A stretch of 64,000 bases of DNA, taken from the IMG/VR virus record IMGVR_UViG_3300012000_000005, positions 31,462 to 95,461 of that record; one strand, written 5' to 3'. A program made the position numbers and the translations under genes. The notes under the pieces are model-generated. The model worked only from the letters and a program-made list of their open reading frames with translations. It was not told the DNA's origin and did no database searches. Of the stretch, positions 20,148 to 30,205 are shown in pieces (positions within the stretch are counted from its first letter, which is position 1; every line of letters begins with the position of its first letter). The DNA comes from a virus.

Positions 20148-21486
20148 TTTTATATCTATTAGATTTCCTAATGCGTCTGTAAATCCAACATACGTTTATT
20201 CATTAACCCTGCATCAAAAGTTTTATGAACATGAAATGATTTCTATGACTTTTAAAGACTGGGCATACTCTTTTGATAATGTTAAACCTGGTACACCAGT
20301 TGAGATTGTGTTAAGGTCAGCAAAAGATAGCAGAGATTTTTATGGGTACGTTCACCACGTTGAAGCAGATAAAACTCCAGGAAAAGACTTTGCTACTGTC
20401 CACTGTATTGGTGGCTCCTTCCCTTTAAAACAATCAAGTCAATTGTCATACAAAAATGTAACAGCAAACATGGTTGTAGAAGAGCTAGCAAATAAACATG
20501 GACTTGTTGCTATTGCAGAACCTCATCCACGCATATTCCAACAAATATCTCACCCAGGATTAACAGATTGGCAAATGCTTGTAAAACTTGCAAAGCAAGT
20601 TGGGTGGGGATTACGTTCAGAAAATACAGAAATTTACTTTCAACCACTACTAGAAGACTATAAGACGTACCGAGCTCAGGCCCCTAGATTTTTTCAAAAG
20701 CCTGTTGGTCATGGGTTTGGTGGTATCTATAGTTTTACTCCAATTATTGGAGACTCTATAAATTACGATGGCGACGTTAAAGCTGCAGTTGCTGTAGGCG
20801 GTGTGGACAAAACTACTAAGTCCGCATTAAAAACCACTAGACAAAAAAGACGCAAGGTAACCAGACGCAGGACTCAAGATGAGTTCTTTGATAGATACAA
20901 CACTGATGCAGTTGCTCCTAGCCTTGAGATTATGGATTACGAAGCTGAAGCAGCAGAGTTAAGAAACGCATTTCCATACAGAGCCACGGTTAAGGTTATT
21001 GGACAAACACGTTTAAGACCAGGAATGCCAGTGTACCTAGGAAACCTTGGTAAAGATTATTCTGGTTTTTGGACCGTGCTTGGTGCAGAACACCACTACG
21101 AGGAAACTCAAACAAAAGTCTATACATATACAACCACACTAACTGTTGGAACCGACTCTCTTGGTGGGGCAGTTCGTTGGGATGACGGAGAAACAATTGA
21201 ATCCCCAGATGCAGAAACAAAGAGAGTTATTGTTCCTGGTAAAAGACAGACTAGACAAAGACCAAAAACAAAACTAGTTAGAACTGGTATAAAAATCGGT
21301 CCTCAAACTAAAGGCAGTTTTGGAAAAATACAAAATAGGCCTAAAATAGTTAGTGCCAAAAATAGTACTGCTGTTTGGAAGACTGGTTCTAAAAACCTAT
21401 CTAAATCTAAATTAGCTAACCCAGAAAAGAAACGCTCACCCGTAATAGCAGCTAGAGTACAAAAAGCAGCAGCGAGGACCAGATGA
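20140..21486 (+). CDS. Baseplate hub protein (gp27/late-control-D/VgrG-N-like)
   Basis: 'TDWQMLVKLAKQVGW', 'LRPGMPVYL..LG..YSGFWTV'; position. Confidence 0.75.
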   Translation: MSNFISIRFPNASVNPTYVYSLTLHQKFYEHEMISMTFKDWAYSFDNVKPGTPVEIVLRSAKDSRDFYGYVHHVEADKTPGKDFATVHCIGGSFPLKQSSQLSYKNVTANMVVEELANKHGLVAIAEPHPRIFQQISHPGLTDWQMLVKLAKQVGWGLRSENTEIYFQPLLEDYKTYRAQAPRFFQKPVGHGFGGIYSFTPIIGDSINYDGDVKAAVAVGGVDKTTKSALKTTRQKRRKVTRRRTQDEFFDRYNTDAVAPSLEIMDYEAEAAELRNAFPYRATVKVIGQTRLRPGMPVYLGNLGKDYSGFWTVLGAEHHYEETQTKVYTYTTTLTVGTDSLGGAVRWDDGETIESPDAETKRVIVPGKRQTRQRPKTKLVRTGIKIGPQTKGSFGKIQNRPKIVSAKNSTAVWKTGSKNLSKSKLANPEKKRSPVIAARVQKAAARTR

Positions 21487-22028
21487 AAAACTATAACGAA
21501 AAGTTTTACGGTCTATATGAGGGCATTTGCTCAGACGTAGATGACCCAGATAAAGAAAACCGTATTAAGTTACAGGTTCCGCAGGTGCTTGGTGAAGACA
21601 TTACTGAATGGGCTAGACCCTGCCTTCCTGTAACCTCTAATAGCAACCACCCAGACCATAAAAAACATTTAGCATCTGAGGTTGCGGCTTTGTTACAGGC
21701 TCACGCTAATCACTCTGAGACTATTGGGACTACCAGCAACGGTGTTCCTGGCGTTACTGGAGGAGGTTCTCATAGCCACTCTATTACTATTAACCTTGCT
21801 CACACCAATAACCACACTGGTAAGAGCCCAGACACTACATACTTTTTAGACCACCCACACAAGACAGACCCTAACGAAGACAATAAACACAACGATGACC
21901 AAGAAATAACAACGGACCAACCACACCACACCCCACACAGACTGGTACCAAAGCTTGGTCAAAAAGTGTGGGTTATGTTTATTGGTGGGGACCCTAACTT
22001 TCCAGTATGGATGGGAGTAGAACTCTAA
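21483..22028 (+). CDS. Baseplate spike, gp5/gpV OB-fold with His-rich insertion
   Basis: FYGLYEGIC..DDPD..RIKLQVPQV...WARPC and VPKLGQKVWVMFIGGDPNFPVWMG. Confidence 0.8.
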   Translation: MKNYNEKFYGLYEGICSDVDDPDKENRIKLQVPQVLGEDITEWARPCLPVTSNSNHPDHKKHLASEVAALLQAHANHSETIGTTSNGVPGVTGGGSHSHSITINLAHTNNHTGKSPDTTYFLDHPHKTDPNEDNKHNDDQEITTDQPHHTPHRLVPKLGQKVWVMFIGGDPNFPVWMGVEL

Positions 22029-22432
22029 TGGAAACACCAGCAGCAATATCTTTGCCCTTTTCATTTAACTCTAACGGCTCATTGACCGTTAGCACAGACC
22101 CTAAAAAGATATGGCAAGACCGAGTAACTATTGCGGTCATGACTTACTTTGGAGAAAGGGTGATGCGCCCTAACTACGGAAGCGGTGCAAAAGGCGCGGT
22201 GTTTGAAAACGCCGATACCGCTAAGTCTGTTATTAACGAGGCTGTAAGCAAGGCATTCTCAGTATGGCTATCTCCGCTAAAGCTTACAAACATTCAATAC
22301 AAGTACGAGAACAATCAGGTTGATAGCTTTGAAGTGTTTTATACATACGGCGGTGGCGGTATAGCAGAGAGTGTAACTATCAATACTGCTATCCTAAGCA
22401 GGGCTGCAGAACAGGTACTGGAGGTTAGATAA
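22028..22432 (+). CDS. Baseplate wedge gp25/gpW-like
   Basis: ISLPFSF, T..GERVMRPNYGS; start taken at the TAATG-coupled ATG at 22028. Confidence 0.85.
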   Translation: METPAAISLPFSFNSNGSLTVSTDPKKIWQDRVTIAVMTYFGERVMRPNYGSGAKGAVFENADTAKSVINEAVSKAFSVWLSPLKLTNIQYKYENNQVDSFEVFYTYGGGGIAESVTINTAILSRAAEQVLEVR

Positions 22433-24144
22433 TGGCAGAACAAAACTATATCCCGCAGGTTGACTATACCTCTAGGGACTACGCAGCTCTTAGGGAAGAT
22501 TTAACTGAGTTAATACCTTTCTTTGCTCCGCAATGGACAAACAGAGACCCATCTGACTTTGGCATGGCCATCTTAGAGTTGTTCTCTTATGTAGCTGATG
22601 GTTTACATTTCTATATAGACAGAACAGTGAACGAGTCTTTTATTGATACCGCTAGCCAAAGAGAAAGCGTGCTTCAGATTGCTCAGCTGTTGGGATATAC
22701 ACCAACAAAGACTACCCCGTCTACAGTACTGCTTACTTTTCAAAATTCAACAGCCAGCATTATTACTGTTCCAGCTAAAACAAAAGTTGCTGCTAACGTA
22801 ACTAACAACGGAGTTGTGACACAGGTAATCTTTGAAACAGATTCTGCAGTTCAGGTTCCAGCTAAATCTTTAGGTAATAACGGCTCAGCTACAGTAATAG
22901 CTACACAAGGTGAGACTGTATACGATGAGGTTATTGGAACATCTGACGGAACAGCAAACCAAGAGTTTGAGTTGTCAGAAAGCCCAGTAATTAATGGAAG
23001 CATAACTGTAAATGTTAACGGCGTTATTTATACCGAGGTTCCATATTTGGTTGACTACAGTGGATATGACCCTGTGTTTTCTACTTACACTAACTCAGAA
23101 AAAACAACCTTTATCAAATTTGGAGACAGCATTAGTGGACGCATTCCGTTAAACGGAGTGCAAATGACTGCTACCTACAGAGTAGGTGGTGGTCTTCTTG
23201 GAAATATTCCAGCTAACACAATTAAGTTTATTAAAACAAATGCTGTAGCAGGTTTATCAGTTAACAACCAAGATGTTGGATTAGTATCTGGAGCTGCTGC
23301 TGGAGGAGCTGACGAAGAATCAACCGACTCTATTAGAGTCAACGCTCCAAAATCTATTAGAGCACTAAACAGAGCGGTATCTCTTTCAGACTACGCCTCT
23401 CTTGTAATTCAAGTAGCTGGCGTTGCTAAAGCTGTATCAACAGCCGACGTGTATAGCAGCGTTACTGTTTATTTTGCCCCATACGGTGACAGCGGTCTAC
23501 AAAGCGACGGTGTTACTTCTTCCCTAGTCTTTAATAATTTAAAGACAGAGATTGAAGAGTATTTAGTAGATAAAATTCCTGCTGGAACAACTATTACATT
23601 GCAGCCGCCATCATACGTAAACTGTACAGTTGTAGGAAGTATTATTGTTCTTCCAACATATAGACAAGACCAGGTTAAAGCTGCTGTTGAAGAAGCAGTA
23701 CGAGACCTATTTGCTTTTGATAACGTTGTATTTAATGACTACATTGGTTATACAGATGTACTAAAAACTATTGACTCTGTGGAAGGCGTAAGCCGAGCTA
23801 ACCTACAAAAGCTTGTAAGAACTGCAAATGACCAAACATTTACTATTAGTAATAAAGCGCTTAACAACAGCGTTGCGACTCTTACTACCTCTGTAAACCA
23901 CAACATTACTGTAGGTCAGGTTGTTAGCGTTACAGGAGTTGATAGCACGTTTAACGGAATCTTTAGAGTTACTGCTAAGACTAACAACACATTTTCATTT
24001 GAGTGTGTTGCTACAAATGTTAGCTCTACCGCAGCTGTTGGTTCGGTAACTGTATACGAAGTTAACGACATTGAGTGCGCTAAGAGCGAGCTACCTCAAC
24101 TATCTAGTCTAACCATTGCGGCCTCTGGAGGTATTGTTATCTAA
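22432..24144 (+). CDS. Baseplate J/gp6-like wedge protein
   Basis: DYTSRDY, WT.RDPSDFG, ASQRESV..IAQLLGY, FGD..GRIP, YRVGGG..GN and RAVSLSDY motifs. Confidence 0.9.
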   Translation: MAEQNYIPQVDYTSRDYAALREDLTELIPFFAPQWTNRDPSDFGMAILELFSYVADGLHFYIDRTVNESFIDTASQRESVLQIAQLLGYTPTKTTPSTVLLTFQNSTASIITVPAKTKVAANVTNNGVVTQVIFETDSAVQVPAKSLGNNGSATVIATQGETVYDEVIGTSDGTANQEFELSESPVINGSITVNVNGVIYTEVPYLVDYSGYDPVFSTYTNSEKTTFIKFGDSISGRIPLNGVQMTATYRVGGGLLGNIPANTIKFIKTNAVAGLSVNNQDVGLVSGAAAGGADEESTDSIRVNAPKSIRALNRAVSLSDYASLVIQVAGVAKAVSTADVYSSVTVYFAPYGDSGLQSDGVTSSLVFNNLKTEIEEYLVDKIPAGTTITLQPPSYVNCTVVGSIIVLPTYRQDQVKAAVEEAVRDLFAFDNVVFNDYIGYTDVLKTIDSVEGVSRANLQKLVRTANDQTFTISNKALNNSVATLTTSVNHNITVGQVVSVTGVDSTFNGIFRVTAKTNNTFSFECVATNVSSTAAVGSVTVYEVNDIECAKSELPQLSSLTIAASGGIVI

Positions 24145-26930
24145 TGGCACGTTACGGTCTTGATTACTATAGCGCTAAAAGTTTTCCTTTAAGCTATTAC
24201 GGTCCTGACTCCCCAATCAGCTTTGTTGCTGAAGACTTTTTTGGTCAATCTGTGGGGTATGGTCAGGTAAACCTTACTTGGATTACCCCTACTGGAGCCT
24301 GGGCTAAACTTCGTATTGTAAAAAACAAGTACGGTTACCCAATTAACATAAACGATGGTCAAACAATATTTGAAACTACTAGGGGAAATGACCCTCAGTT
24401 TTACGTAGATGTAAATAGACCAAACGAACCTAAAGTATTTTACTATTCAGTTTTTGTTTTTGAAACTACTCAACTCTCTTGGGTACTAGCTGGAAGAACA
24501 ACTGGTCTATCTGTCTATAACTATGGAACACAGACTCGTTTATACGACTATTTACCAGATGTAATGAAACTTGTATCACCGTATTCTGCTGGTTCTAGCA
24601 CAGACAACAAAGACCTAAAAGACTTTTTATCTGTGTTTGGGTTTAAGTTTGACTATATTAAATCATTGGCTCAACTATCTAAAGAAAAGTACAATACCGA
24701 AAAAACAGTTGGCGTCCTTATCCCGCCATTACTAAATCAATTTGGCATTACCTATGAGCCTGAGATTGGGTTTGAACGCTCAAGAGTTCTTCTAAGAGAT
24801 GTTCTGCTTATTGAAAAAACTAAAGGCAGCCGTGACGGATTAAAGAGTTACATAAAGGGGTTCACTGGTTGGGGAGTTCCACAACCACTTGCAACTACTC
24901 CAAACCCACCTGTAGAAGGAATAACCGTAAGTCACAACATAATGTTGGACTATAACGATTCTTCTTTTGAGGAAGGTATTGGACACTGGACCTCTCCAAA
25001 CTCATCAGCTTTGCTTTCTCAAGTTGGAAGAAAAGACATCTCAGCAGTTGCTATTTCTAGTAATCAAGCTCGTTTAAAAATTGGTGCCCACGGGTTTGGA
25101 GTTGGACAAGAAATATTTATATTTAACTGTCCGTTCCCTATCTTTAATAGTCCCGTAACCACTAAGACTATTACATCAGTAGATACAGATTCTATTTATT
25201 TTGCACTTACCGCAGCAGACTTTCCATTAAGAAACGCTTATAACTTTGCAATTGATGAGTATCCATATGTTCTTCCTAATCCAAATCCTTGGGTAGAGAA
25301 CACAACTCCAGCTCTTTTTCCAAATAAACGAAAAGGAATACTTGCTGTTAAGAATGCTAATGCAACACAGTCTGCAGAAATTTATATCTCCTGTGGAGAC
25401 GCAAAACCTGTCACATTAGGTATACCAGTAAAAACAGGTATTCAATATACATTTAGCGGGTACACAGCCTCTAGTGGAGCGGGTCGCTCTATACAGGCAT
25501 CTATTAAATGGTATGACAGATTTGGCGCGTTGATGTCTACCACTACAGGCACTGGCGTAACCAACACTACAAACGCATTTAGTGCTAGACCGTTTGTAAC
25601 AGACCGTGCGCCTACTCGTTTATTCTTAAACGCTATTACTAAGCCAGGAAGCGGGTATGTAAACGGTTCTTATACCAATGTGCCTTTAGTGTACGTATCT
25701 GGTAAGCAACCAACCATTGCTCCATTAGCAAATATATTTGTTGACAACGGAGCTGTGGCATCTATCTCTATCCCTAATGGTGGAGCTGGTGCCGATACAA
25801 CCACAGTCTTTACTGTAAGCAATACTAACCTTGGAGGAACTGGCTCTGGTTTTGAAATCACTGTACAAAGATGTCAAGAGTGTTATTACGCAGTTCCTCA
25901 ATTTGTTTTATCTTCTGTAGGTGCTGGAAACAGCAACGAGTATCACTACTTTGATGCCTGCCAGTTTGAACAGGCAACTTCAGTGACCTCGTACGATGAC
26001 GCTAGAACAGTTCACCTTACGCTAAAAGCCAACCGTATTAACGAATTATTAAATCCTAGGTTTGAGTCGCCCTATACCCCCTGGTCTGTAACCAACGCTA
26101 CGGCTACAGTTGTTAGCGGAAGTGCTGAGCCTAACTTAGACTCGTATCAGATTACCTCCAAGGTAGTAACTGGTGGGGTTGCAACATTGACTACGGATGT
26201 AGTTCATACATTTAAATCAAACGACTCTGTTGTTATTGAGAATATGGGTGCGCCTTTTGACGGAGTAAAGGTTTTAAACTCTGCTGGAGATAACGTTATT
26301 TCTTTCCCTGTCACAGGCGGTAATGTAACTAAAACGGTCACTACAGGACAGGTTTATAAATCTGGAAATGCTCTACGAGTTACCTCTTCTGGAACTACTC
26401 AAGTACTTGTTAAGTCAACTACAACTAGCGCTGACTTAACTAACATTCACTATCCAGACACAGCATATAGCTTTAGTTCTTATGTAAAAGCTGGCCAGGC
26501 TGGTGTTTCGGTTTCCGCGGCAATTGTTTGGTACAACAGCAATAAGACTGTTATATCTACTTCTCAGGGAACTTCTAGAGCCGCTTCAACAACTGGGTGG
26601 GTGAGACCTTCTGTAACCGCCATAGCTCCGTCTAATGCAGCTTATGCACACGTACAGCTGGTGTGGGAGCCTGCGGCACCTGGAAACATTATCTATACAG
26701 ACGCTGCTCTATTTGAAAATAGCTTCTTTGTATTAGATTACTTTGACGGTAGCACTGGCTTTAGCTCAACAGCTGAGCTCTTCTGGGAAGGCAGCACCCC
26801 TAACGCTGGGCGCAGCCATTACTACAAGAACCGAGTCTCTATTGAAAAGCGCCTTAACGCGGGTGCCCTTGATGAGTATGTTGGACTGGGGGCATCGTAC
26901 GCCGTTTACCTGGCACAGCCAAAGACGTAG
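24144..26930 (+). CDS. Baseplate/tail protein (P2 gpI-like N-terminus, CBM-like C-terminal domains)
   Basis: LYDYLP..DFLSVFG..KGSRDGLKSYIKGFTGW; multiple CBM-like repeats. Confidence 0.7.
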   Translation: MARYGLDYYSAKSFPLSYYGPDSPISFVAEDFFGQSVGYGQVNLTWITPTGAWAKLRIVKNKYGYPININDGQTIFETTRGNDPQFYVDVNRPNEPKVFYYSVFVFETTQLSWVLAGRTTGLSVYNYGTQTRLYDYLPDVMKLVSPYSAGSSTDNKDLKDFLSVFGFKFDYIKSLAQLSKEKYNTEKTVGVLIPPLLNQFGITYEPEIGFERSRVLLRDVLLIEKTKGSRDGLKSYIKGFTGWGVPQPLATTPNPPVEGITVSHNIMLDYNDSSFEEGIGHWTSPNSSALLSQVGRKDISAVAISSNQARLKIGAHGFGVGQEIFIFNCPFPIFNSPVTTKTITSVDTDSIYFALTAADFPLRNAYNFAIDEYPYVLPNPNPWVENTTPALFPNKRKGILAVKNANATQSAEIYISCGDAKPVTLGIPVKTGIQYTFSGYTASSGAGRSIQASIKWYDRFGALMSTTTGTGVTNTTNAFSARPFVTDRAPTRLFLNAITKPGSGYVNGSYTNVPLVYVSGKQPTIAPLANIFVDNGAVASISIPNGGAGADTTTVFTVSNTNLGGTGSGFEITVQRCQECYYAVPQFVLSSVGAGNSNEYHYFDACQFEQATSVTSYDDARTVHLTLKANRINELLNPRFESPYTPWSVTNATATVVSGSAEPNLDSYQITSKVVTGGVATLTTDVVHTFKSNDSVVIENMGAPFDGVKVLNSAGDNVISFPVTGGNVTKTVTTGQVYKSGNALRVTSSGTTQVLVKSTTTSADLTNIHYPDTAYSFSSYVKAGQAGVSVSAAIVWYNSNKTVISTSQGTSRAASTTGWVRPSVTAIAPSNAAYAHVQLVWEPAAPGNIIYTDAALFENSFFVLDYFDGSTGFSSTAELFWEGSTPNAGRSHYYKNRVSIEKRLNAGALDEYVGLGASYAVYLAQPKT

Positions 26931-26942
26931 TAGGATAGCGGC

Positions 26943-27224
26943 ATGCTAGACCTGATATTGATTGGTTGTTTTACGGGATTTCTATTGGCGACGATAGAGC
27001 CGTTAATTTCTATTCTGAGTATATTTATCAGTAATAGGGTTATGAACGCTATTTCCTCAATTCTTTTTTCAAGCATTGCAACATGGTTAGTTGAAGTTTC
27101 AACTATCAAAGGTTTTATTCTGTATGCGGTAGCAGGAGCTTTCCTAGGCTCTGCCCTATTGGCAGCAGTTGAACGTGTGGCAACTTATCGCCCAGCCGTT
27201 GTGCAATCCCTAAGAGAACAGTAG
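26943..27224 (+). CDS. Small multi-pass membrane protein (leaderless)
   Basis: Hydrophobic 93 aa; TAGGAT-N6-ATG. Confidence 0.6.
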   Translation: MLDLILIGCFTGFLLATIEPLISILSIFISNRVMNAISSILFSSIATWLVEVSTIKGFILYAVAGAFLGSALLAAVERVATYRPAVVQSLREQ

Positions 27225-27251
27225 TATCGGGTCTCCATACAAGGAGGACCT

Positions 27252-27911
27252 ATGTCTAAATATTTTGTAATCGTTGCTGGTAACGGCACAACTAGCAGAG
27301 CAAACATAGAAGCTCTGATGGAAGACTATTACTATGCAAACGGTGAGGGTGGAACTCTTCTTCTTCCCTACACTGATAAACCATCTCAAGGCCAAGTCTT
27401 TGCTGCACAGTATGCAAAAGACAATGGCAAAGATATTGTTGTCTTTGCTCCAGAGGGGGCGTCTCACGACAGCATCCCATCATCTAGTGCTGTACTAACT
27501 ACTGAACCTTTTGCTTCTGCTGCCGATGAGGCAAAGGGAAATAACCCATCCGCCTTTATTCTGTGGGCAGATGAAGACGGCGACTCACAAGTAATACTTA
27601 CTCACTGTAGAGATGCAAACATCCCGTGTTTTGATTTAACTAATGGTCTTGGACCTTTGACCGCAACTAAAGACGCGGTACCTGTTGTTACCCCTGTTGT
27701 ACCTAAACAAGAACAACTTCCTATTGCTGAGGTAGAAACCGAAGAAGAGGAAGAGGAGGATGAAGAGGAAGACGACGAGGAGTATGAAGAGGACGAAGAG
27801 GAGCTGGAAGACCTAGACGGCCTCTATGAGGGCGTTGAGGCGGTAGCTCGAATCTTTGCTAAGGTACTGATTGAGGAGTGGAATAAGGCGAATGAAAAAC
27901 CTAAGCCCTAA
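27252..27911 (+). CDS. Hypothetical protein: Rossmann/SLOG-like N-terminus with a long acidic tract
   Basis: RBS AAGGAGG; IVAGNG; a D/E run of about 30 residues. Confidence 0.65.
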   Translation: MSKYFVIVAGNGTTSRANIEALMEDYYYANGEGGTLLLPYTDKPSQGQVFAAQYAKDNGKDIVVFAPEGASHDSIPSSSAVLTTEPFASAADEAKGNNPSAFILWADEDGDSQVILTHCRDANIPCFDLTNGLGPLTATKDAVPVVTPVVPKQEQLPIAEVETEEEEEEDEEEDDEEYEEDEEELEDLDGLYEGVEAVARIFAKVLIEEWNKANEKPKP

Positions 27912-28800
27912 GGCCCTAGGCCTGCTGGTACATATAAACCGATACGGGGCTATAAACGGCGCTGAGGGCCTTGCAGAGGCCTTTGGTACTGGGGTTAAGT
28001 CCGTCCGTACAGGCCTTACGGAACTCCGCTCTAATGGCCTTATAAGCCTTTCTAAGGGGCGTACAGGCAACGGTCATTACTGGTCTGAGGTCCTGATTAC
28101 GGAGGCTGGTCAGGCTGTGGTAGAACGGTATGCCGAAATGGCACACGGACGGAGTGCCAAAAAGGCACCCCGACGGAGTGCCAAAACAGGCAACTACATA
28201 TCACCGAATAGCCACTCAGCTAATACTCCGTATAGTAAGAGAGCTAATTCAATATTAAAAGAGGGTCGGACGGAGTCCGACGAGAAAGAAGAATTTGATA
28301 AAGTCCCAATGCCGATAGGAGAGCAAATGCAAAGAGACCCAGACGACGAAGCCGAGGCCAAGAAAAAGTGGGAAGAAGAAACTCGGATAAAGCGTCGCGA
28401 AGCCAAAGAGTCTCGTCGTGTAGAAAAGATTAAACACATTGCTTCCCGTCCCGTTGAAGACTGGACCCCGACTCAGTTAGCAGAATACTTTGCTGACCAC
28501 ATGAAGCAGATGAACTGGAAGATTGCTGAGTGGACTAGTCGTAGTGGGTTTAAGGGTGGCATTGAAAACCTGCGCATGAATCACAACACTAATGGGGTTA
28601 TCGAAAAAGAATTGATTGATAGGTTCTTTTCAACTATTAAACATGACAAGGGACTTGACAACCCAGACCTCATATGGCGTATGTTTATCAAACGGGCACC
28701 GCAGATGTTAAATGATGCTAAGGCTTCTTTGAGAACTGATAAAGACGTTGTAGCATTAAGAGAACAGGCTTCTAAATCATGGGAAGGTCTTGATGTATAA
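27892..28800 (+). CDS. Replication initiator (N-terminal HTH, lambda-O-like organisation)
   Basis: LSPKALGLL..LAEAFGTGVKSVRTGLTELRSNGLI winged HTH; internal direct repeats; followed by a DnaC-like loader. Confidence 0.7.
   Translation: MKNLSPKALGLLVHINRYGAINGAEGLAEAFGTGVKSVRTGLTELRSNGLISLSKGRTGNGHYWSEVLITEAGQAVVERYAEMAHGRSAKKAPRRSAKTGNYISPNSHSANTPYSKRANSILKEGRTESDEKEEFDKVPMPIGEQMQRDPDDEAEAKKKWEEETRIKRREAKESRRVEKIKHIASRPVEDWTPTQLAEYFADHMKQMNWKIAEWTSRSGFKGGIENLRMNHNTNGVIEKELIDRFFSTIKHDKGLDNPDLIWRMFIKRAPQMLNDAKASLRTDKDVVALREQASKSWEGLDV
28140..28186. repeat. Iteron-like repeats inside the initiator gene (candidate origin)
   Basis: GACGGAGTGCCAAAA at 28148 and 28172, each within a GGCAC-N9-GTGCC palindrome. 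Confidence 0.6.
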
Positions 28801-29482
28801 GTTAGAAGAGCAAAAGATTCGCCGTCGTACTTGGATACAGGCAGCAAACATTCCACCCGCTATGCAAGGCTGGAGATTAGAAGATTGCGTAGAGTCTGAC
28901 CCAGAGGATAAAACAAAAATCATTCGTTGGATTAAGGCTGTAGAAAAGGGTTTGGTTATTAGGGCTGTTGGTAACAAGGCATGTGGCAAAGGGTTGTTGT
29001 TAGATGGAAACCCAGGCCGAGGCAAGACCACGTTGGCTTTAGCCACTTTACAGGAGATGATGCTCACTCTTCCTATAGAAGCTTTTAGTGTAAAAGATGG
29101 CGATACTCTTACAAAACCTTGCTATTTCATGACTTTCAACGACTTTTTGGAACTTAAAGGTTCCATGATGGATGACCCGACAGATGCACAGGACACGCTC
29201 TATCATGGTGTCTTAGGAGAATGCTTGGCTGACGCCTACAACATTCGTATACTTGTACTAGACGATGTTGGTAAGGAACACGCTGGGCTCTCTGGGTGGC
29301 AGAAGAATATGCTTCATCATCTTCTTCGCACTCGTTTTAACAACGGACTACCTACTATCGTTACAACAAACGTAAAACTAGAAGATTGGGCAGGCCTCTA
29401 CGGTGATGCTACAGAAAGTTTCGCACGTGGAGCTTTTGCCTATTTACCAATCGTGGCAGAAAAAGGAGACCTACGTCGATGA
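28793..29482 (+). CDS. DnaC/IstB-like helicase loader ATPase
   Basis: Walker A GNPGRGKTT, Walker B LVLDDVGKE, R..NGLPTIVTTN. Confidence 0.85.
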   Translation: MYKLEEQKIRRRTWIQAANIPPAMQGWRLEDCVESDPEDKTKIIRWIKAVEKGLVIRAVGNKACGKGLLLDGNPGRGKTTLALATLQEMMLTLPIEAFSVKDGDTLTKPCYFMTFNDFLELKGSMMDDPTDAQDTLYHGVLGECLADAYNIRILVLDDVGKEHAGLSGWQKNMLHHLLRTRFNNGLPTIVTTNVKLEDWAGLYGDATESFARGAFAYLPIVAEKGDLRR

Positions 29483-29793
29483 GGAATGCGGTGAATGAAG
29501 AACTAAGACTAGTGCAGGTGTTCCTGAGTCAGTCTCAGACGCCTGGACCAGGTATCTTTGAAGTGTCGGTTCAAGAAGGAACCGATAAATTGTTCTGCAC
29601 ATGCCCAGGATTCAGTGGACGAGGTTCTTGTAAACATACAAAGTTTGTCAAAGCCCGTATTGAAAATAACAACGGCAACTATCCTCTAGAAATATCTAAT
29701 CGTGCATCGAAAGAAGATGCAGACAAAGCGCGGTCTTCTAATTCACGGTTCCGCGAGTTCATTATAAAGTTCGGTAAGATAGAGGTATTCTAA
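29479..29793 (+). CDS. SWIM zinc-finger protein
   Basis: CTCPGF..RGSCKH. Confidence 0.75.
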   Translation: MRNAVNEELRLVQVFLSQSQTPGPGIFEVSVQEGTDKLFCTCPGFSGRGSCKHTKFVKARIENNNGNYPLEISNRASKEDADKARSSNSRFREFIIKFGKIEVF

Positions 29794-29797
29794 CCCC

Positions 29798-30205
29798 GTG
29801 AAGCACGGGGACATAAGTAACGAACTGCCAAAAAGAATACTCGTTACTACAGACATATTTTTACGAATTGAACTTACGAAGCAGCGCAAGTTTAAAATTA
29901 TTCCTACCATAAAGGTAGACAAAAAAGTTGACCGAGCTGTCCTTAGTTGGCTATACCTGTACACATCTAGGACAGGAACAACACTAGAGCTTATTTCTTA
30001 TGAGCTTAATGAAAATGATTTACAAGATTTTGTAGATGGACTTGACAGACTAGGCACTAATCCATTTAGATACTTTACAGCATACCAATCGGTACAACAC
30101 TTGGTTCAAGAGTTACCACTCAGACCTGAGGTTGTTGGTGTCGTTGATATACAATCAAGGATGCTAATGTACGGGCACTGGGGACGTAACATAAACGAAC
30201 TATGA
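29798..30205 (+). CDS. Hypothetical protein (possibly degenerate HAD-like fold)
   Basis: ORF tightly packed in the replication operon. Confidence 0.55.
   Translation: MKHGDISNELPKRILVTTDIFLRIELTKQRKFKIIPTIKVDKKVDRAVLSWLYLYTSRTGTTLELISYELNENDLQDFVDGLDRLGTNPFRYFTAYQSVQHLVQELPLRPEVVGVVDIQSRMLMYGHWGRNINEL

Noticed and set aside
12472-26930. Free-standing bacterial eCIS/tailocin locus
   Set aside because: It is embedded among phage replication genes, tRNAs and a tape measure, with no bacterial housekeeping context.
26943-27224. Holin
   Set aside because: Hydrophobicity fits, but there is no adjacent endolysin, so it is left as an unknown membrane protein.
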